Source: Thermoanaerobaculia bacterium
Lineage (GTDB): Bacteria; Acidobacteriota; Thermoanaerobaculia; UBA5066
NCBI GenBank assembly: GCA_963719225.1
Contig: CAVRAY010000002.1
Span: forward strand, 224,001 to 288,000
DNA: 64,000 nucleotides
Direction of reading: 5' to 3'
Below the pieces are notes generated by a model. The model was not told where the DNA came from and ran no database searches. It worked only from the letters and a program-made list of their open reading frames with translations. Positions 37,718 through 48,097 of the stretch are shown here, in pieces (positions within the stretch are counted from its first letter, which is position 1; the number at the start of each line of letters is the position of its first letter). A program made the position numbers and the translations under genes.

Positions 37718-39874
37718 ATGCCTTCCGAAGCGGGTTCGCCGGGGCTGTCCGAGCGCATCGACCAGTACCGGATCGTGCGCCGGCTCGCGCTCGGTGGCAT
37801 GGCCGAGATCCTCGAAGCGGTGGACGAGAGGTCCGGTCGGACGGTCGCGCTCAAGAAGATCCTGCCGCACATCGCCACGGATCCCGATTTCCTCGACCGA
37901 TTCTTCCACGAGATCAGGATCCAGATCTCGCTGAAGCACCCGAACATCGTCGAGCTCGTGGACTGCAGCCCGACGCCGGATCTCGCCTACATCGTCATGG
38001 AATACGTCGACGGCGGCGAGCTGAATGGCCTCCGCAAGCAGTGCGGCCGTTTCCCGTGGGAGATCGCCCTTTTCGTCACGCGCGAGGCCCTCGCCGGGCT
38101 CGCGGCGGCTCACGCGAAGGGCGTCATTCACCGGGACATCAAGCCGCAGAACATCATGTGGACGCACGAAGGGTGCGTGAAGATCGGGGACTTCGGCATC
38201 AGCCACGCCGCGCACCTCACGCGGCTCACGCACACGGGCACCGTCGTCGGCACGCCCGCCCACATGTCCCCCGAACAGGCGCGCGGAGAGGAGCTGGACG
38301 TCAGGACGGACCTCTTTTCCATGGGAACCGTGCTCTACGAGCTTCTCTGCGGGTACAACCCCTTCACGGCGGATTCCATCGCGTCGTCCCTTCGCCGCGT
38401 CGCGGACGCCGAGCCCGACCTGCCCTCTCTTCTCGATCCGTCGATTCCCCCTTCGGTCGACACGTTCCTCCGAAAACTGCATGCGAAAGACCGTACGCGG
38501 CGCTTCTCGAGCGCGAACGCCGCGTGCGACGCGCTCGATACTCTCTTCGCGAAAGAGAGCGTCACGAAGCCCGGAGTCCTCTTCCGGACGTTCCTCGAGA
38601 ACCCCGCCGCCTTCGTCGCCGAGCGCAACCGGCGGCTCGCCAAGGAGTCCAACGCCGTCGCGGAACGCCTTCTGCAGGACGCGAACGCACGCCCCGAGGA
38701 AGCTCTCTGGGCGGCATACCGTACGGTCGCCTGCACTCCGGACGACCCGGCCGCGCAGACGCTTCTGCGCACAGCGGCGTTGCGCGCCGGGCAGCGCGAG
38801 AAGCCCCTCGACAACGCGCGCATCCGCGAGCTCGAGGAGGCGTTGAAGAAGGATCCCGACAACCTCGCCCTTCTCCTGCAGCTCGCGAAGCTGTACCGGC
38901 TCGAGCACGACTTCCTCAACCTCATGCGCTTTTTCCGGAAGCTGCAGGTCCTCGCGCCGCCCGACCCGTACACGCAGGGGCAGATCGCGTCCCTTCTCTC
39001 GGGTGGTGAACCGACGCCCGGCTTCGCGACGCGTGCGGTGCCGCTCGGCGCGGGCGGAACGCCGCGCACGGTGCCGGTCATCCCGCGCGACGAGACGAGC
39101 CGCCGCGGCCTGATGGCCGCGGCGCTCGTCGTCGCCACGCTCGCCGCGCTCGGCGCCTGGTGGGCGAAGCGGGCGCCGCGCCTTCCGTCGGGAGAGCGCC
39201 CGCCCACAACCGCGGTCGCGCCGGCCGCCGTCGTGCCGGTCCGACCGGGCCCGGGCGCCGACGCCACACTCGAGCGCGTGCTGGAGCGCGGAGCGCTCCT
39301 CGAAAAGGCGAGCGGGGCGCCGGCTGCTCTCGCGTATTACGAAGAGTCCGTCTCCACGGTACCGGCGGCGTCTCGCGCGGATCTCCTTTCGACGATCGCC
39401 GATCTGGCCGTGAGGACGCAGGACCGCGCGCGAGCAACGAGAGCCCTGGACGAGCTGCTCAAGATCCCGGCCGCGCGCCCCGAGGCCCTCCTCAAGAAGG
39501 GCGACTTCCTCGAAGCACAGTCTCAGGACGAAGCCGCCGAGCGCGCGTTCGACGAGGCGGCTCGCGCGGGCGATCCGGACGTGAGCGTCCGCGCGACTCT
39601 CCGGCTCGCGCGGGGAGCCGAGAGAACCCGGAACGTCCTGCGCGCGACGACTCTTTACGAGGAGATCCTCCTCAAGGCTCCGGTCTCCCCTCACGCGGAC
39701 CAGGCCCGTCTCGGGCTCGCCGGGCTCTACGGGAGCGCGGGACGTCTTTCGGACGCGCGGCGGCTCTACGAGGAAATCCTCAGGAGCGCAGCGCCTTCGA
39801 GCGACGTCCACAAGGCCGCCGTGGCCGGGATGAAAGCCCTCGAGGCCGCGCCGGCCGTGGAGAACCGCGGGTGA
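37718..39874 (+). CDS. Hanks-type Ser/Thr protein kinase with TM helix and TPR repeats
   Basis: [34 protein letters not shown]; TPR-like C-terminus. Confidence 0.92.
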   Translation: MPSEAGSPGLSERIDQYRIVRRLALGGMAEILEAVDERSGRTVALKKILPHIATDPDFLDRFFHEIRIQISLKHPNIVELVDCSPTPDLAYIVMEYVDGGELNGLRKQCGRFPWEIALFVTREALAGLAAAHAKGVIHRDIKPQNIMWTHEGCVKIGDFGISHAAHLTRLTHTGTVVGTPAHMSPEQARGEELDVRTDLFSMGTVLYELLCGYNPFTADSIASSLRRVADAEPDLPSLLDPSIPPSVDTFLRKLHAKDRTRRFSSANAACDALDTLFAKESVTKPGVLFRTFLENPAAFVAERNRRLAKESNAVAERLLQDANARPEEALWAAYRTVACTPDDPAAQTLLRTAALRAGQREKPLDNARIRELEEALKKDPDNLALLLQLAKLYRLEHDFLNLMRFFRKLQVLAPPDPYTQGQIASLLSGGEPTPGFATRAVPLGAGGTPRTVPVIPRDETSRRGLMAAALVVATLAALGAWWAKRAPRLPSGERPPTTAVAPAAVVPVRPGPGADATLERVLERGALLEKASGAPAALAYYEESVSTVPAASRADLLSTIADLAVRTQDRARATRALDELLKIPAARPEALLKKGDFLEAQSQDEAAERAFDEAARAGDPDVSVRATLRLARGAERTRNVLRATTLYEEILLKAPVSPHADQARLGLAGLYGSAGRLSDARRLYEEILRSAAPSSDVHKAAVAGMKALEAAPAVENRG

Positions 39875-40290
39875 AGACGCATCGCAAGGTCCTGACGCTC
39901 CACCTCCCCGGAAGGATCGGCTTCGTGAACATCACCGACGAGGTCCAGGACGCGGTCGAGGAGAGCGGGGTTGTGGAGGGACTCTGTCTCGTCAACCCGA
40001 TGCACATCACGGCCTCGGTCTTCATCAACGACGACGAGGCCGGACTTCACCGTGATTACGAGCGATTCTTCGAGACGCTGGTCCCGCACGACCCGGTTTC
40101 CCAATGGCGACACAACGATACCGGCGAGGACAATGCCGACGCGCACGTCAAGAGGCAGCTCATGGGCCGCGAGGTCGTCGTCGCCATCACGAAGGGACGG
40201 CTGGACTTCGGGACGTGGGAACGGATCTTCTACGGCGAGTGGGACGGCCGCCGCGATAAACGCGTCCTCATCAAGATCCTCGGAGAGTAG
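39871..40290 (+). CDS. yjbQ: YjbQ/UPF0047 family protein
   Basis: [43 protein letters not shown]. Confidence 0.92.
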   Translation: MKTHRKVLTLHLPGRIGFVNITDEVQDAVEESGVVEGLCLVNPMHITASVFINDDEAGLHRDYERFFETLVPHDPVSQWRHNDTGEDNADAHVKRQLMGREVVVAITKGRLDFGTWERIFYGEWDGRRDKRVLIKILGE

Positions 40291-40355
40291 GTGTACGCTC
40301 CTGCCGCAACCGACCAGAAAGTGAAGCGAAACGCCCCCGAAGGAGGTGGGTTCCG

Positions 40356-41252
40356 ATGAAGAGAATATCCCTCACGAGCACGCTTCTGTTGTCCCTCGTC
40401 GCGCTCCCGCTGTGCGCCGCCGAGAGTCCCGCCCCGCCCGGGCCGCCGAAAGTCCTCCAGATCTATCGCGAGGAGGTCAAGGCCGGAAAGGGCGCGGTGC
40501 ATGCCAAGGTCGAGAAGGGCTTCGTGGCGGCGTTTGCCCGGGCAAACTGGCCGACGCATTACATCGCCCTGACGACGGTCACGGGCCCGACGGAGGCCTG
40601 GTTCCTGACCGGATACCCCTCCTTCGCCGCGTGGGAGAAGGATCGGAACGACACCGAGAAGAACAAGGCGCTCACCGCGGACCTCGACAGGCTCATCGAG
40701 AAGGATGGAGAGCTGCTGACGAACGGTCGGAGCCTCGTCGCGGTCCTGCGCGAGGATCTGAGCGCGGGATCGCCCGTCGAGATTCCGAAGATGCGGTACT
40801 TCCGACTCATCACGTTCCGGGTGCGCCCGGGACACGAGAGCGACTTCCAGGACGCCGTGAAGATCGTGAAGACCGCGTACGAGAAGGCGAAGATCGACAC
40901 GCCGTGGGCCGTCTTCCAAGTCGCAGGCGGAATGCCGGGTCCGACGTTCATGCTCTTCATTCCGATGAAGTCGCTGTCCGAGATCGATACCGCGATCACG
41001 CGCGCCGGGGCGATCCGGGAGGCCGAGGGCCCCGAGAACGAAAAGGCCCTCGCGAAGATGGCGTCCGACGGGTACGCGACAGTCGAGAGCAACATCCTCG
41101 CCTTCAGCCCCGGGATGAGCTATCCCGCGAAGGAGTTCGTCGCCCGGGACCCGGAGTTCTGGACGCCCAAGCCGGAGGCGAAGCCCGCCGCATCCGCGAA
41201 GAAGGCCGAGGCCGGAACGAAGGGAGAGGCCAAGCCGGCCGAAAAGAAGTAA
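40356..41252 (+). CDS. Secreted two-repeat alpha/beta (NIPSNAP/DABB-like) protein
   Basis: Signal peptide; two similar halves (EEVKAGK / FRVRPGH); GGAGGT RBS. Confidence 0.6.
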   Translation: MKRISLTSTLLLSLVALPLCAAESPAPPGPPKVLQIYREEVKAGKGAVHAKVEKGFVAAFARANWPTHYIALTTVTGPTEAWFLTGYPSFAAWEKDRNDTEKNKALTADLDRLIEKDGELLTNGRSLVAVLREDLSAGSPVEIPKMRYFRLITFRVRPGHESDFQDAVKIVKTAYEKAKIDTPWAVFQVAGGMPGPTFMLFIPMKSLSEIDTAITRAGAIREAEGPENEKALAKMASDGYATVESNILAFSPGMSYPAKEFVARDPEFWTPKPEAKPAASAKKAEAGTKGEAKPAEKK

Positions 41253-41259
41253 GAGCTTC

Positions 41260-43152
41260 CTAGTCGCCGTCGGGCTTTTCGGCCTCGAGCGCGAGATCGA
41301 TGAGCGTGTCCGCGAGCCGCGTGGCGCCGGGGCTCTCTCCTCCGAGAGCCTCGGCGAAACGCGCGCGCACGTTCGCCTCGCGCGCCTCGTCGCGAATCGG
41401 GCGGCCGGTGGCTTTCTTCACGGCGCCGACGCGGCGCGCGAGCTCGAGTCTCTGCGCGGCGAGACGCGCAATGCCGCCGTCCACGACGTCGATCGCGCGC
41501 CGGATCCTCTCCACCGATCCGCTCGCGCCCGGCAGGATGCCGAACTCGTCGAGCAGCTCCTCGAGGTCCTCGGGCAGGAGGGCCTGCGGCCCGTCGGAGA
41601 GCGCGGACTCGGGAGCGTCGTGGACCTCGATCATGAGTCCGTCCACGCCCGCGCCCCACGCCGCGCGCGCGAGGCCGGGCACGAGGTCGCGCCGGCCGGC
41701 GGCATGCGAGGGGTCCGCGAAGAGCGGGAGGTGCGTGAGGCTGCGGGCCGCGAGGAGGCCCCCGAGATCGAGCGTCCCGCGCGTCGCCTTCTCGAACGTG
41801 CGGATGCCCCGCTCGCAGAGGATCACGTCCTTGCATCCGGCCTCGAGGAGGTACTCGGCCGAGGAGAGCCACTCCTCGACGGTCGTTCCGAAGCCGCGTT
41901 TCAGGAAGACGGGGCGCGAGCTCTTGCCCGCCTCCTTGAGCAGATCGTAGTTCTGGCAGTTCCGCGCGCCGATCTGGAGCACGTCGGCCCGTTCGGCCAC
42001 CGGGACGACCTGCGCGGGCGCCATCACCTCCGTCACGATCGGGAGACCCGCGGCGTCGCCCGCCTCCTTCAGCCAGCCGAGAGCCTCGAGGCCGTGTCCC
42101 TGGAACGAGTAGGGAGAGGTGCGAGGCTTGAAGACGCCGCCGCGGAGCGCCGTCGCGCCCGCGCGCGCGACCGCCCGCGCCAGGCGCGCGACCTGCTCGG
42201 GCGATTCGACGGCGCAAGGCCCCGCGATCACGGCGCGGCGGCCTCCGCCGACGACGAACGGCCCCACGGCGACGACGCTCGGCTCGCGCACCTCCGTCAC
42301 TCTCGGGATGTCGCGCATCCGGGGCGGGCGCACGTACTCCGGGGCCGGCCCGAGCCAGATCACGCGCTCCTTGGCCGCAAGCTTCCCCGTTCCCGCCGCC
42401 GCCCGCACGACGCTCTTCTCCGGCACGACCGCGAAGCCCCGGACGGGATCGTCCGGGGTTCCCGGCAGCGAGAGAATCTCCGCGCCGGCATCCGCGAGAG
42501 CGGAGGACGCTTTGACGCCCGCGTAGAAAACCACGCGCGGGGCCGGGGCATCGGGCGGGGCGTCGCTCTCCGGCGGGACCTCCGCGGCCGCTCCCGCGCG
42601 GGCCAGCCGCCAGAAGCGCGTCGTGTTCGGCCGGACGTCGGAGACGTCTTCCTCGAGGATGAGGAGGCCGGCCTCGAGCGCCGCCTCTTCCGAGCAGACC
42701 GCCGCCCGGGCCCCTCCCTCTTCCTTCACGCGAAACGCGGCGTATGCCGTGTCGTTCGTCTCGATCGGAATCGCGTCGAGGCGCGCGAGGAGACGGCGGC
42801 ACTGCCGGAGCGCCGCCGCCTGGGAATGAACCTCGCGCACGCTCTCGACCGAAAGCCCCTCTGGCGCCGCGAGGACGAGCCTCACGGGAACTTCGATCTC
42901 GGCCTCGACGGCGAGCGCCGATTCCCCTTCCTTGAGCGAGCGGGCGAGCACGTCAAGCGACTCCAGGATCGGCCCGTCCACCCTGTTGACGGCGGGCATC
43001 ACGGCGCACGCGATCTCTCCGGCGAGGAGAGCGCGCAGCGTGCGGTCGAACGTGGGGAACGCGACGGGCTTGCCGCAGCGCGCCGCGGCGCGGGCCGAGA
43101 AGGAGCCGGGCTGCCCCTGATAGCCCGCGAGCTCCGTCCCGAGCGGGGTCAC
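41260..43152 (-). CDS. Fusion of prephenate dehydratase, DAHP synthase (type I-beta) and chorismate mutase
   Basis: YQG.PGSFS, SQ.AAL.QC, NTTRF (PDT); [39 protein letters not shown] (DAHPS); IRRAIDVVD...R....RVG.VK.....IRD.ARE (AroQ-type CM). Confidence 0.88.
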   Translation of the reverse strand: MTPLGTELAGYQGQPGSFSARAAARCGKPVAFPTFDRTLRALLAGEIACAVMPAVNRVDGPILESLDVLARSLKEGESALAVEAEIEVPVRLVLAAPEGLSVESVREVHSQAAALRQCRRLLARLDAIPIETNDTAYAAFRVKEEGGARAAVCSEEAALEAGLLILEEDVSDVRPNTTRFWRLARAGAAAEVPPESDAPPDAPAPRVVFYAGVKASSALADAGAEILSLPGTPDDPVRGFAVVPEKSVVRAAAGTGKLAAKERVIWLGPAPEYVRPPRMRDIPRVTEVREPSVVAVGPFVVGGGRRAVIAGPCAVESPEQVARLARAVARAGATALRGGVFKPRTSPYSFQGHGLEALGWLKEAGDAAGLPIVTEVMAPAQVVPVAERADVLQIGARNCQNYDLLKEAGKSSRPVFLKRGFGTTVEEWLSSAEYLLEAGCKDVILCERGIRTFEKATRGTLDLGGLLAARSLTHLPLFADPSHAAGRRDLVPGLARAAWGAGVDGLMIEVHDAPESALSDGPQALLPEDLEELLDEFGILPGASGSVERIRRAIDVVDGGIARLAAQRLELARRVGAVKKATGRPIRDEAREANVRARFAEALGGESPGATRLADTLIDLALEAEKPDGD

Positions 43153-44018
43153 CGGCGCGTCGCGTCCGCCCGCGTCGAGGCCGGCTCGCGCGTGACCTTC
43201 GCGTCCTCCACGACGACCGGGTACGCATAGCCGGCACCGAAATCGCGGTCGACGTGAACGACGCCTTTCACGAGGACGACGTCGCCCACGGCCACGCCGT
43301 CCTGGGTCGTCACCGTGAGGTCGTCGTCCTTCTTGTCCCGCGACCCGGACCCGTCCCGAATGTGAATCCAGTTCCGGCCCATGATCGAGGAGTTCGCCTT
43401 GACGACCTTGCCGCGCACGAATACGGTCTTGCCCTTCAGGGACAACCGCTCCGCGAAGACCTGCGCCACGGTGCGCGCATCCTTACCTTCGGCTTTCGCG
43501 ACCACGACATCGCGCACCTCCGGCGGGCCTCCCGCGACCGCCTCGTGCTGTGCGGCCATCTGGGCCTTGAGCGGGGCTTCCGAGGCGGTGCCGTGCGCCG
43601 AAACCGGCGCGGGGACCGCGGCGGCGCCGCTGGCGAGGTTGCCGAAGACGATGTGCTCGAACTTCCGGTTCAGCGTCTTGCTCTCGAACCCGTCCATCGA
43701 CATCGCGTTCACGACGGTGACTCGCTCGCCCTTCTTGACAGACGTCTTCGTCACGGCCGCCCAGGTCTCGCCGCCGTCCGTCTTCAGCCGCAGATACGTG
43801 TAATCGGAGGCGTCGAGCGTCTCCTCGACGATTCCCGACACCGTGGCGGTGGGAGCCTCCGGCGCCTTGGGGACGACTGCGGCCGCGGCCGATCCCTTGA
43901 GCGGGGCCCCGTGGGGGGGAGACTCGGGGACGACCGCGGCGCCGGCGGCCGGTGCGGCGGGTTTCTTTCCGCAGCCTGCGAAAAGGACGAGCGAGAGGAC
44001 GAGAACGGATCGACGCAT
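43149..44018 (-). CDS. Lipoprotein with two OB-fold domains (NrfJ-related)
   Basis: Lipobox FAGC; [45 protein letters not shown]. Confidence 0.7.
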   Translation of the reverse strand: MRRSVLVLSLVLFAGCGKKPAAPAAGAAVVPESPPHGAPLKGSAAAAVVPKAPEAPTATVSGIVEETLDASDYTYLRLKTDGGETWAAVTKTSVKKGERVTVVNAMSMDGFESKTLNRKFEHIVFGNLASGAAAVPAPVSAHGTASEAPLKAQMAAQHEAVAGGPPEVRDVVVAKAEGKDARTVAQVFAERLSLKGKTVFVRGKVVKANSSIMGRNWIHIRDGSGSRDKKDDDLTVTTQDGVAVGDVVLVKGVVHVDRDFGAGYAYPVVVEDAKVTREPASTRADATRR

Positions 44019-44057
44019 GGAACGGTCTCCTTTTCCGAGCCTCGATCTTGACAGAAG

Positions 44058-44082
44058 AAGGCCGCCCCGGGAGGGCGGCCTT
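44058..44082 (-). terminator. Hairpin closing the redox operon
   Basis: AAGGCCGCCC/GGGCGGCCTT 10-bp stem 27 nt after the last operon gene; weak U-tract. Confidence 0.55.
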
Positions 44083-44109
44083 GGCGGAAACGGCGCGGAA
44101 CGAGGGCGC

Positions 44110-44820
44110 TCAGGACTCGAGGAAGGAGGATACGGCGCGATGCCATTGATCCTCGGACAGGAGCGCCGGAGGGGGCAGGACGAGCTCGCCGCCGTCCGCC
44201 GCGGCGAGGCCGAGCTCGCCTTCGAGGAAATGCGCGAGGCGCGTCTCGTCGGCGTGGAACCAGGCCCGGGCCTTCGCGCCGGTCGGGAAGCTCTGGTACG
44301 TGTCCGACGCCGGCCGCACCGAGAAGAGCCAGCCTCTCTGGTAGGGCGAGGACTCGACGAGGGACGGGTGCCGCATGACCGACGCGTTCACGGCGACCAC
44401 CGTGCCGGTCACCGGCGAAGGAAGGACCGCCGTTCGGGCCCCGCACGCGACCGTCACCGCCGGCCGTCCGGCGGCCAGCATGCTGCCCGGCTGCGGAAGC
44501 TGGACCCGGGTGACGCCGTGGAGAAGATGTCCCGCGAGTCCGTCGAGTCCCACTCGGAGGCGGCCTCCGGTCTCTTCCAGCCAGGCGTGCGCGGGCGTGT
44601 AGCGGCGCCGCTCCGCGAGAACGAGGCCGTCGACGTCGACGAGGCCGAGGCGGCGCGCCCGGATGCGCCGGAACATCCATGCGGCGGCGCGATACAGACC
44701 CCACCCCGCGAGGATCGGCACGAGGGCGGCGGCAACGAAGGCGAAGAGAAGGAGGGCGCGGATGAGGAGGCCCGCGACGAAGATGACGGCTCCCTCGAGG
44801 ATCGTCAGGAGAGCTTCCAT
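44110..44820 (-). CDS. Membrane-anchored glycine-cleavage-H-like protein, no lipoyl Lys (copy 2)
   Basis: N-terminal TM segment; YTPAHAW, RVGLD, SPVTGTVVAVN, SPYQRGWL; C-terminal ADGG. Confidence 0.85.
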   Translation of the reverse strand: MEALLTILEGAVIFVAGLLIRALLLFAFVAAALVPILAGWGLYRAAAWMFRRIRARRLGLVDVDGLVLAERRRYTPAHAWLEETGGRLRVGLDGLAGHLLHGVTRVQLPQPGSMLAAGRPAVTVACGARTAVLPSPVTGTVVAVNASVMRHPSLVESSPYQRGWLFSVRPASDTYQSFPTGAKARAWFHADETRLAHFLEGELGLAAADGGELVLPPPALLSEDQWHRAVSSFLES

Positions 44821-44825
44821 GACGC

Positions 44826-45173
44826 TCACCTTTCTTTCGGAACGGCGTGGCAGGTGGCGCAATCGTCGAATCCATGCGCGCTCTTGCCGTCGTGGCACTT
44901 TCCGCAGGCGAAGCCCCTTTCCATGTCCTTGTGCTTGAGCTTCGGCGCCTGGGCCTCGGAACGGTGGAGGATCGGGAACAGAGAGGGATGGCAGGTGGTG
45001 CAGTCGGGCCTCGTCTGGTCGACGTGCGACGCATGGCGGAACGTCACGACACCCGGGCTGTCCGTTCCCTGCGGGAATGCGCGGTCTTTCGGAAGGCGGG
45101 GGAGGTTGCCCGCGAGAGCCGCCCCGGCCAGAGAGAGCGCCATGACGAGCACGAGGAGTTTCTTCGGATTCAT
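44826..45173 (-). CDS. Triheme c7-type cytochrome c
   Basis: Signal peptide; VTFRHASH; CTTCH, CGKCH, CATCH. Confidence 0.9.
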   Translation of the reverse strand: MNPKKLLVLVMALSLAGAALAGNLPRLPKDRAFPQGTDSPGVVTFRHASHVDQTRPDCTTCHPSLFPILHRSEAQAPKLKHKDMERGFACGKCHDGKSAHGFDDCATCHAVPKER

Positions 45174-45180
45174 GGCGGAC

Positions 45181-45849
45181 TCACTTTCCCTCGAGGAACA
45201 GCCGGGCCAGCTCGTCCCAGTGGTCCTCGTCGAGCGCTCGTGCGATGCCGTGCACCGGCGTCCCGCCGTCCTGCAGGACGACGCCGAGCTGCGGCGTGAG
45301 GCGCTGGGCGAGCTTCGCGGCGGCGGTGTCGAGAAAGCGGCGGGCCGCGTCGCCCGAGAAGAGGTTCTTGAGGTTGCCGGTCAGCCAGCGCGGCTCGACC
45401 TTCATGAGCCAGCCGGCTCCGTAGGGATCGCGCTGCGCCTCCGCCGGATGCGTGCGCACGGCTTCGTTCAGCGCGACGACGTGGCCGTCGACCGGCGAGA
45501 GCACGTCGAGCGGCTGGCCGCCGGCCACGATCGTGAAGGCCTTCTGGCCCTGCCTCACCGGCGCGCCGATCTCGGGGAAACGCACCGTCTCGAGCGGGCC
45601 CACGAGCTTGTGCGCGAAGTCGTCGAGGCCGACCTCCACGGCTCCTCCTTCGGGTCGCGCCCACGTGTGGCCGACGTGAAGGTGGACGCCGTTCGGCACC
45701 TGGAACCAGCCGAAGCCCAGGGCGTGCTCCGGCACCGCCTCCCCCTGGACGAAGCGCCAGAAGGGGATGAAGAGGAGAAGATACGAGATCGCGAGGACGT
45801 ATTCGAGGGCCTTCGCCGCATAAGGGCTCAGGAGTTCGGTTTCGTTCAT
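45181..45849 (-). CDS. Membrane-anchored glycine-cleavage-H-like protein, no lipoyl Lys (copy 1)
   Basis: TM helix KALEYVLAISYLLLFIPFWRF; GHTWA, VGLDDFA, SPVDGHVVALN, DPYGAGWL; C-terminal QDGG. Confidence 0.87.
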   Translation of the reverse strand: MNETELLSPYAAKALEYVLAISYLLLFIPFWRFVQGEAVPEHALGFGWFQVPNGVHLHVGHTWARPEGGAVEVGLDDFAHKLVGPLETVRFPEIGAPVRQGQKAFTIVAGGQPLDVLSPVDGHVVALNEAVRTHPAEAQRDPYGAGWLMKVEPRWLTGNLKNLFSGDAARRFLDTAAAKLAQRLTPQLGVVLQDGGTPVHGIARALDEDHWDELARLFLEGK

Positions 45850-45865
45850 GGCTCTTTCTCTCCTC

Positions 45866-47095
45866 TCAGTGGGCGCCGCGCCAGTCGGGATGCTCGTGCA
45901 CCACCGGCATGCGGTTCACGATCCAGCGGAAGATCAGGACGCCGATCGTGACGATCGTGAGTGACGTGATGATCTCGCCGGCGCTCGGGACATACCGGTC
46001 CGGGACGTTCCAGTTGAAGGCGATGAGCGAGACGTTGAAGCGGTTGAGGATCACGCCGAGGACCGTGAGAACTCCGGCGATCCGGGCCAGCTTCGCGTTC
46101 TTCTTCCGCGCCGCGAATGCGAAGACGAGCGACGGCAGAAGGACGAAGCCGAGGATCTCGAGGAGATACCAGGCGCCCCAGCCGGTCGCGAGGAGGTCGA
46201 ACCGGCCGCCCGAGACCAGTCCCTGCAGTCGGATGAAGAAGTAGGCGAAGAGCACGATCGCGCCGCCCCGGGACAGAGAGAGCGTGATGCGGTCGAGATC
46301 CACGGGCGCGGCGGGGTCGAGCCGGTCGTGGAACGCGCGGTGTGAGAGCGCGCTCTCCACGACCACCATGCCGATGCCCGCCGCGAGACTCGAGACGAAG
46401 AAGAAGATCGGCAGGAACGGCGAATACCAGAGCGGGTGGAGCTTACCCGGCGTCATGAGGAAGAAGGCGCCGAGCGAGGACTGGTGGAGCGTCGAAAGCG
46501 TGACGCCGATGACGATGATGCCGATCGTGAGCGAGCCGAGGAGCCGGCGCAGCTTCACGAGGCCGAGCCATTCGAGCACCGCGGGAAGGAACTCGAGCCC
46601 GAGCACCATCAGGTACAACATGACGCACCAGCCGACCTCGTACATGACGGCCGTCGTGCCTGGCGTCAGGAAGAACTGGTAGGGCAGCCGCCACGGCTGG
46701 CCGAGGTCCACGACGAGCCCGAAGACGACGAGCGCGTAGCCGAGGAAGCCGGTCAGGATCGCGGGGCGGAGGATCGGCTTGAGCGCTTTCTGGCCGAAGA
46801 TGTAGACCGCGCAGGCGACCGTGTAGCCGCCTGCCGCGAGCGCGACGCCGCACACGATGTCGAAGGCGACCCAGATGCCCCACGGGTTCGTCTGCGACAG
46901 GTTCGTGGCCGCGCCGAGCCCCTTCCAGAACCGGTAGGCCATCGTGGGGATTCCCGCGAGGAGGATCACCGCCGCGAGCGCGTTCGCCGGCGTCACGAGG
47001 CTCTTGACGTAGTCGCGGAACGTCTTCCCGAGAAAGAGGTACTCCCTCATCCAGGGGCCGCCCCAGAACGCAGGTTTCAGGGCTTGCTCAGACAT
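45866..47095 (-). CDS. NrfD/PsrC family integral membrane subunit (HybB/HmcC-like)
   Basis: GLGAATNL...PWGIW..FD...GVALAAGG, RPAILTGFLGY, DLG.PWR, LSTLHQSSLG, HPLWYS. Confidence 0.92.
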   Translation of the reverse strand: MSEQALKPAFWGGPWMREYLFLGKTFRDYVKSLVTPANALAAVILLAGIPTMAYRFWKGLGAATNLSQTNPWGIWVAFDIVCGVALAAGGYTVACAVYIFGQKALKPILRPAILTGFLGYALVVFGLVVDLGQPWRLPYQFFLTPGTTAVMYEVGWCVMLYLMVLGLEFLPAVLEWLGLVKLRRLLGSLTIGIIVIGVTLSTLHQSSLGAFFLMTPGKLHPLWYSPFLPIFFFVSSLAAGIGMVVVESALSHRAFHDRLDPAAPVDLDRITLSLSRGGAIVLFAYFFIRLQGLVSGGRFDLLATGWGAWYLLEILGFVLLPSLVFAFAARKKNAKLARIAGVLTVLGVILNRFNVSLIAFNWNVPDRYVPSAGEIITSLTIVTIGVLIFRWIVNRMPVVHEHPDWRGAH

Positions 47096-47999
47096 GACGT
47101 TCCTCCTGCCTTCCCTCGGCCTCTTTCGCCGCGACCTCGTCGCGACGCTTGCTGAAGGTGTACATGCCCATCAGGAGCGGCGGCCAGAGCGTGATGACGA
47201 AGGGCACGGCCGAGAGCGCGCCGTCGGCGAGCTCCGGATAGGACTTCTTCTCGATGCCCTGGGGAAGGTGCAAGGACTCGAACGGCACGTCGGAGATGTA
47301 GAGCCAGCTCGTGCCGCCCGCTTCGTCCTCGCCGTAGATCTTGTGGACGTACTTTTGCGGGTTCGCGTAGATGCGCGCCTTGGCCTCTTCGAGGAGCTCG
47401 GCGCGCGCGCCGAACTGGAGCGCGCCCGACGGGCAGACCTCCGTGCACGCGGGCACGAGGCCCTTGGCCTGGCGCTCCGCGCAGAACGTGCACTTCTTGA
47501 CGAGCGGCGTCGCGCTCGAAAACTCGTACTTCGGGACGCCGAACGGGCACGCGATCATGCAGTAGCGGCAGCCGAGGCAGCGGTCCGCGTGGTAGACGAC
47601 CGGCCCGGCCGCGGTCTTCTCGAGCGCCCGGACGACGCAGCCGGACGCGCAGGCCGGCTGCACGCAGTGCATGCACTGGGCTTTTGCGAAGCGGTCTTCG
47701 CCGCCGGGGCTCTTCAGGGAGCCCTTCTGGACGACCGTGTAGGCCGTCGGGCTCGTCGCGCGCTTCGACGCGAACACGGTGTCGTCGCCGGGCTTTTCGG
47801 GGCCGGCGAGAACGTTCGCCTCGGCGCAAGCCGCCTCGCAGGCGCGGCAGCCGACGCAGCGCGTCGTGTCCACGAGAACGCCGCGGGCGCCCTTCGCCGC
47901 CGGCACGACGGAAGCACGCGACGTCGCGGCCGCTCCGGCCACCCCGGCCGTGCCGGCCGCGGCTGCGAGCTTGAAGAGAGTCCGGCGATTCAGATTCAT
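47088..47999 (-). CDS. Tat-exported 4x[4Fe-4S] protein (HybA/HmcB-like) with C-terminal TM anchor
   Basis: NRRTLFK Tat motif; CVGCRACEAAC, CMHC..PAC...C, CLGCRYCMIACP, KCTFC...PAC...CP; IYGE.EAGGTSWLY. Confidence 0.93.
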   Translation of the reverse strand: MNLNRRTLFKLAAAAGTAGVAGAAATSRASVVPAAKGARGVLVDTTRCVGCRACEAACAEANVLAGPEKPGDDTVFASKRATSPTAYTVVQKGSLKSPGGEDRFAKAQCMHCVQPACASGCVVRALEKTAAGPVVYHADRCLGCRYCMIACPFGVPKYEFSSATPLVKKCTFCAERQAKGLVPACTEVCPSGALQFGARAELLEEAKARIYANPQKYVHKIYGEDEAGGTSWLYISDVPFESLHLPQGIEKKSYPELADGALSAVPFVITLWPPLLMGMYTFSKRRDEVAAKEAEGRQEERHV

Positions 48000-48010
48000 C
48001 GCGGCCTCCC

Positions 48011-48097
48011 TCAGGCCCGGGCCGCGCGGGCCGTGGCGCGGTCGTTGAGGAGCATGAGGAGAACGAACAGGAGCGCGAGGGGAACCGTGGCGATCAT
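48011..48097 (-). CDS. 28-aa single-TM microprotein
   Basis: MIATVPLALLFVLLMLLNDRATARAARA; GGAGG RBS, ATGA overlap with the upstream ORF, stop adjacent to the next gene's RBS. Confidence 0.6.
   Translation of the reverse strand: MIATVPLALLFVLLMLLNDRATARAARA

Noticed and set aside
44110-45849. Glycine cleavage system or sHdr-LbpA sulfur oxidation cluster
   Set aside because: No gcvP/T/L, hdr or lipoate ligase genes, and both H-like proteins lack the lipoyl Lys.
45866-47999. Hydrogenase-2 (hyb) operon
   Set aside because: No small or large hydrogenase subunits and no hyp maturation genes in the window.
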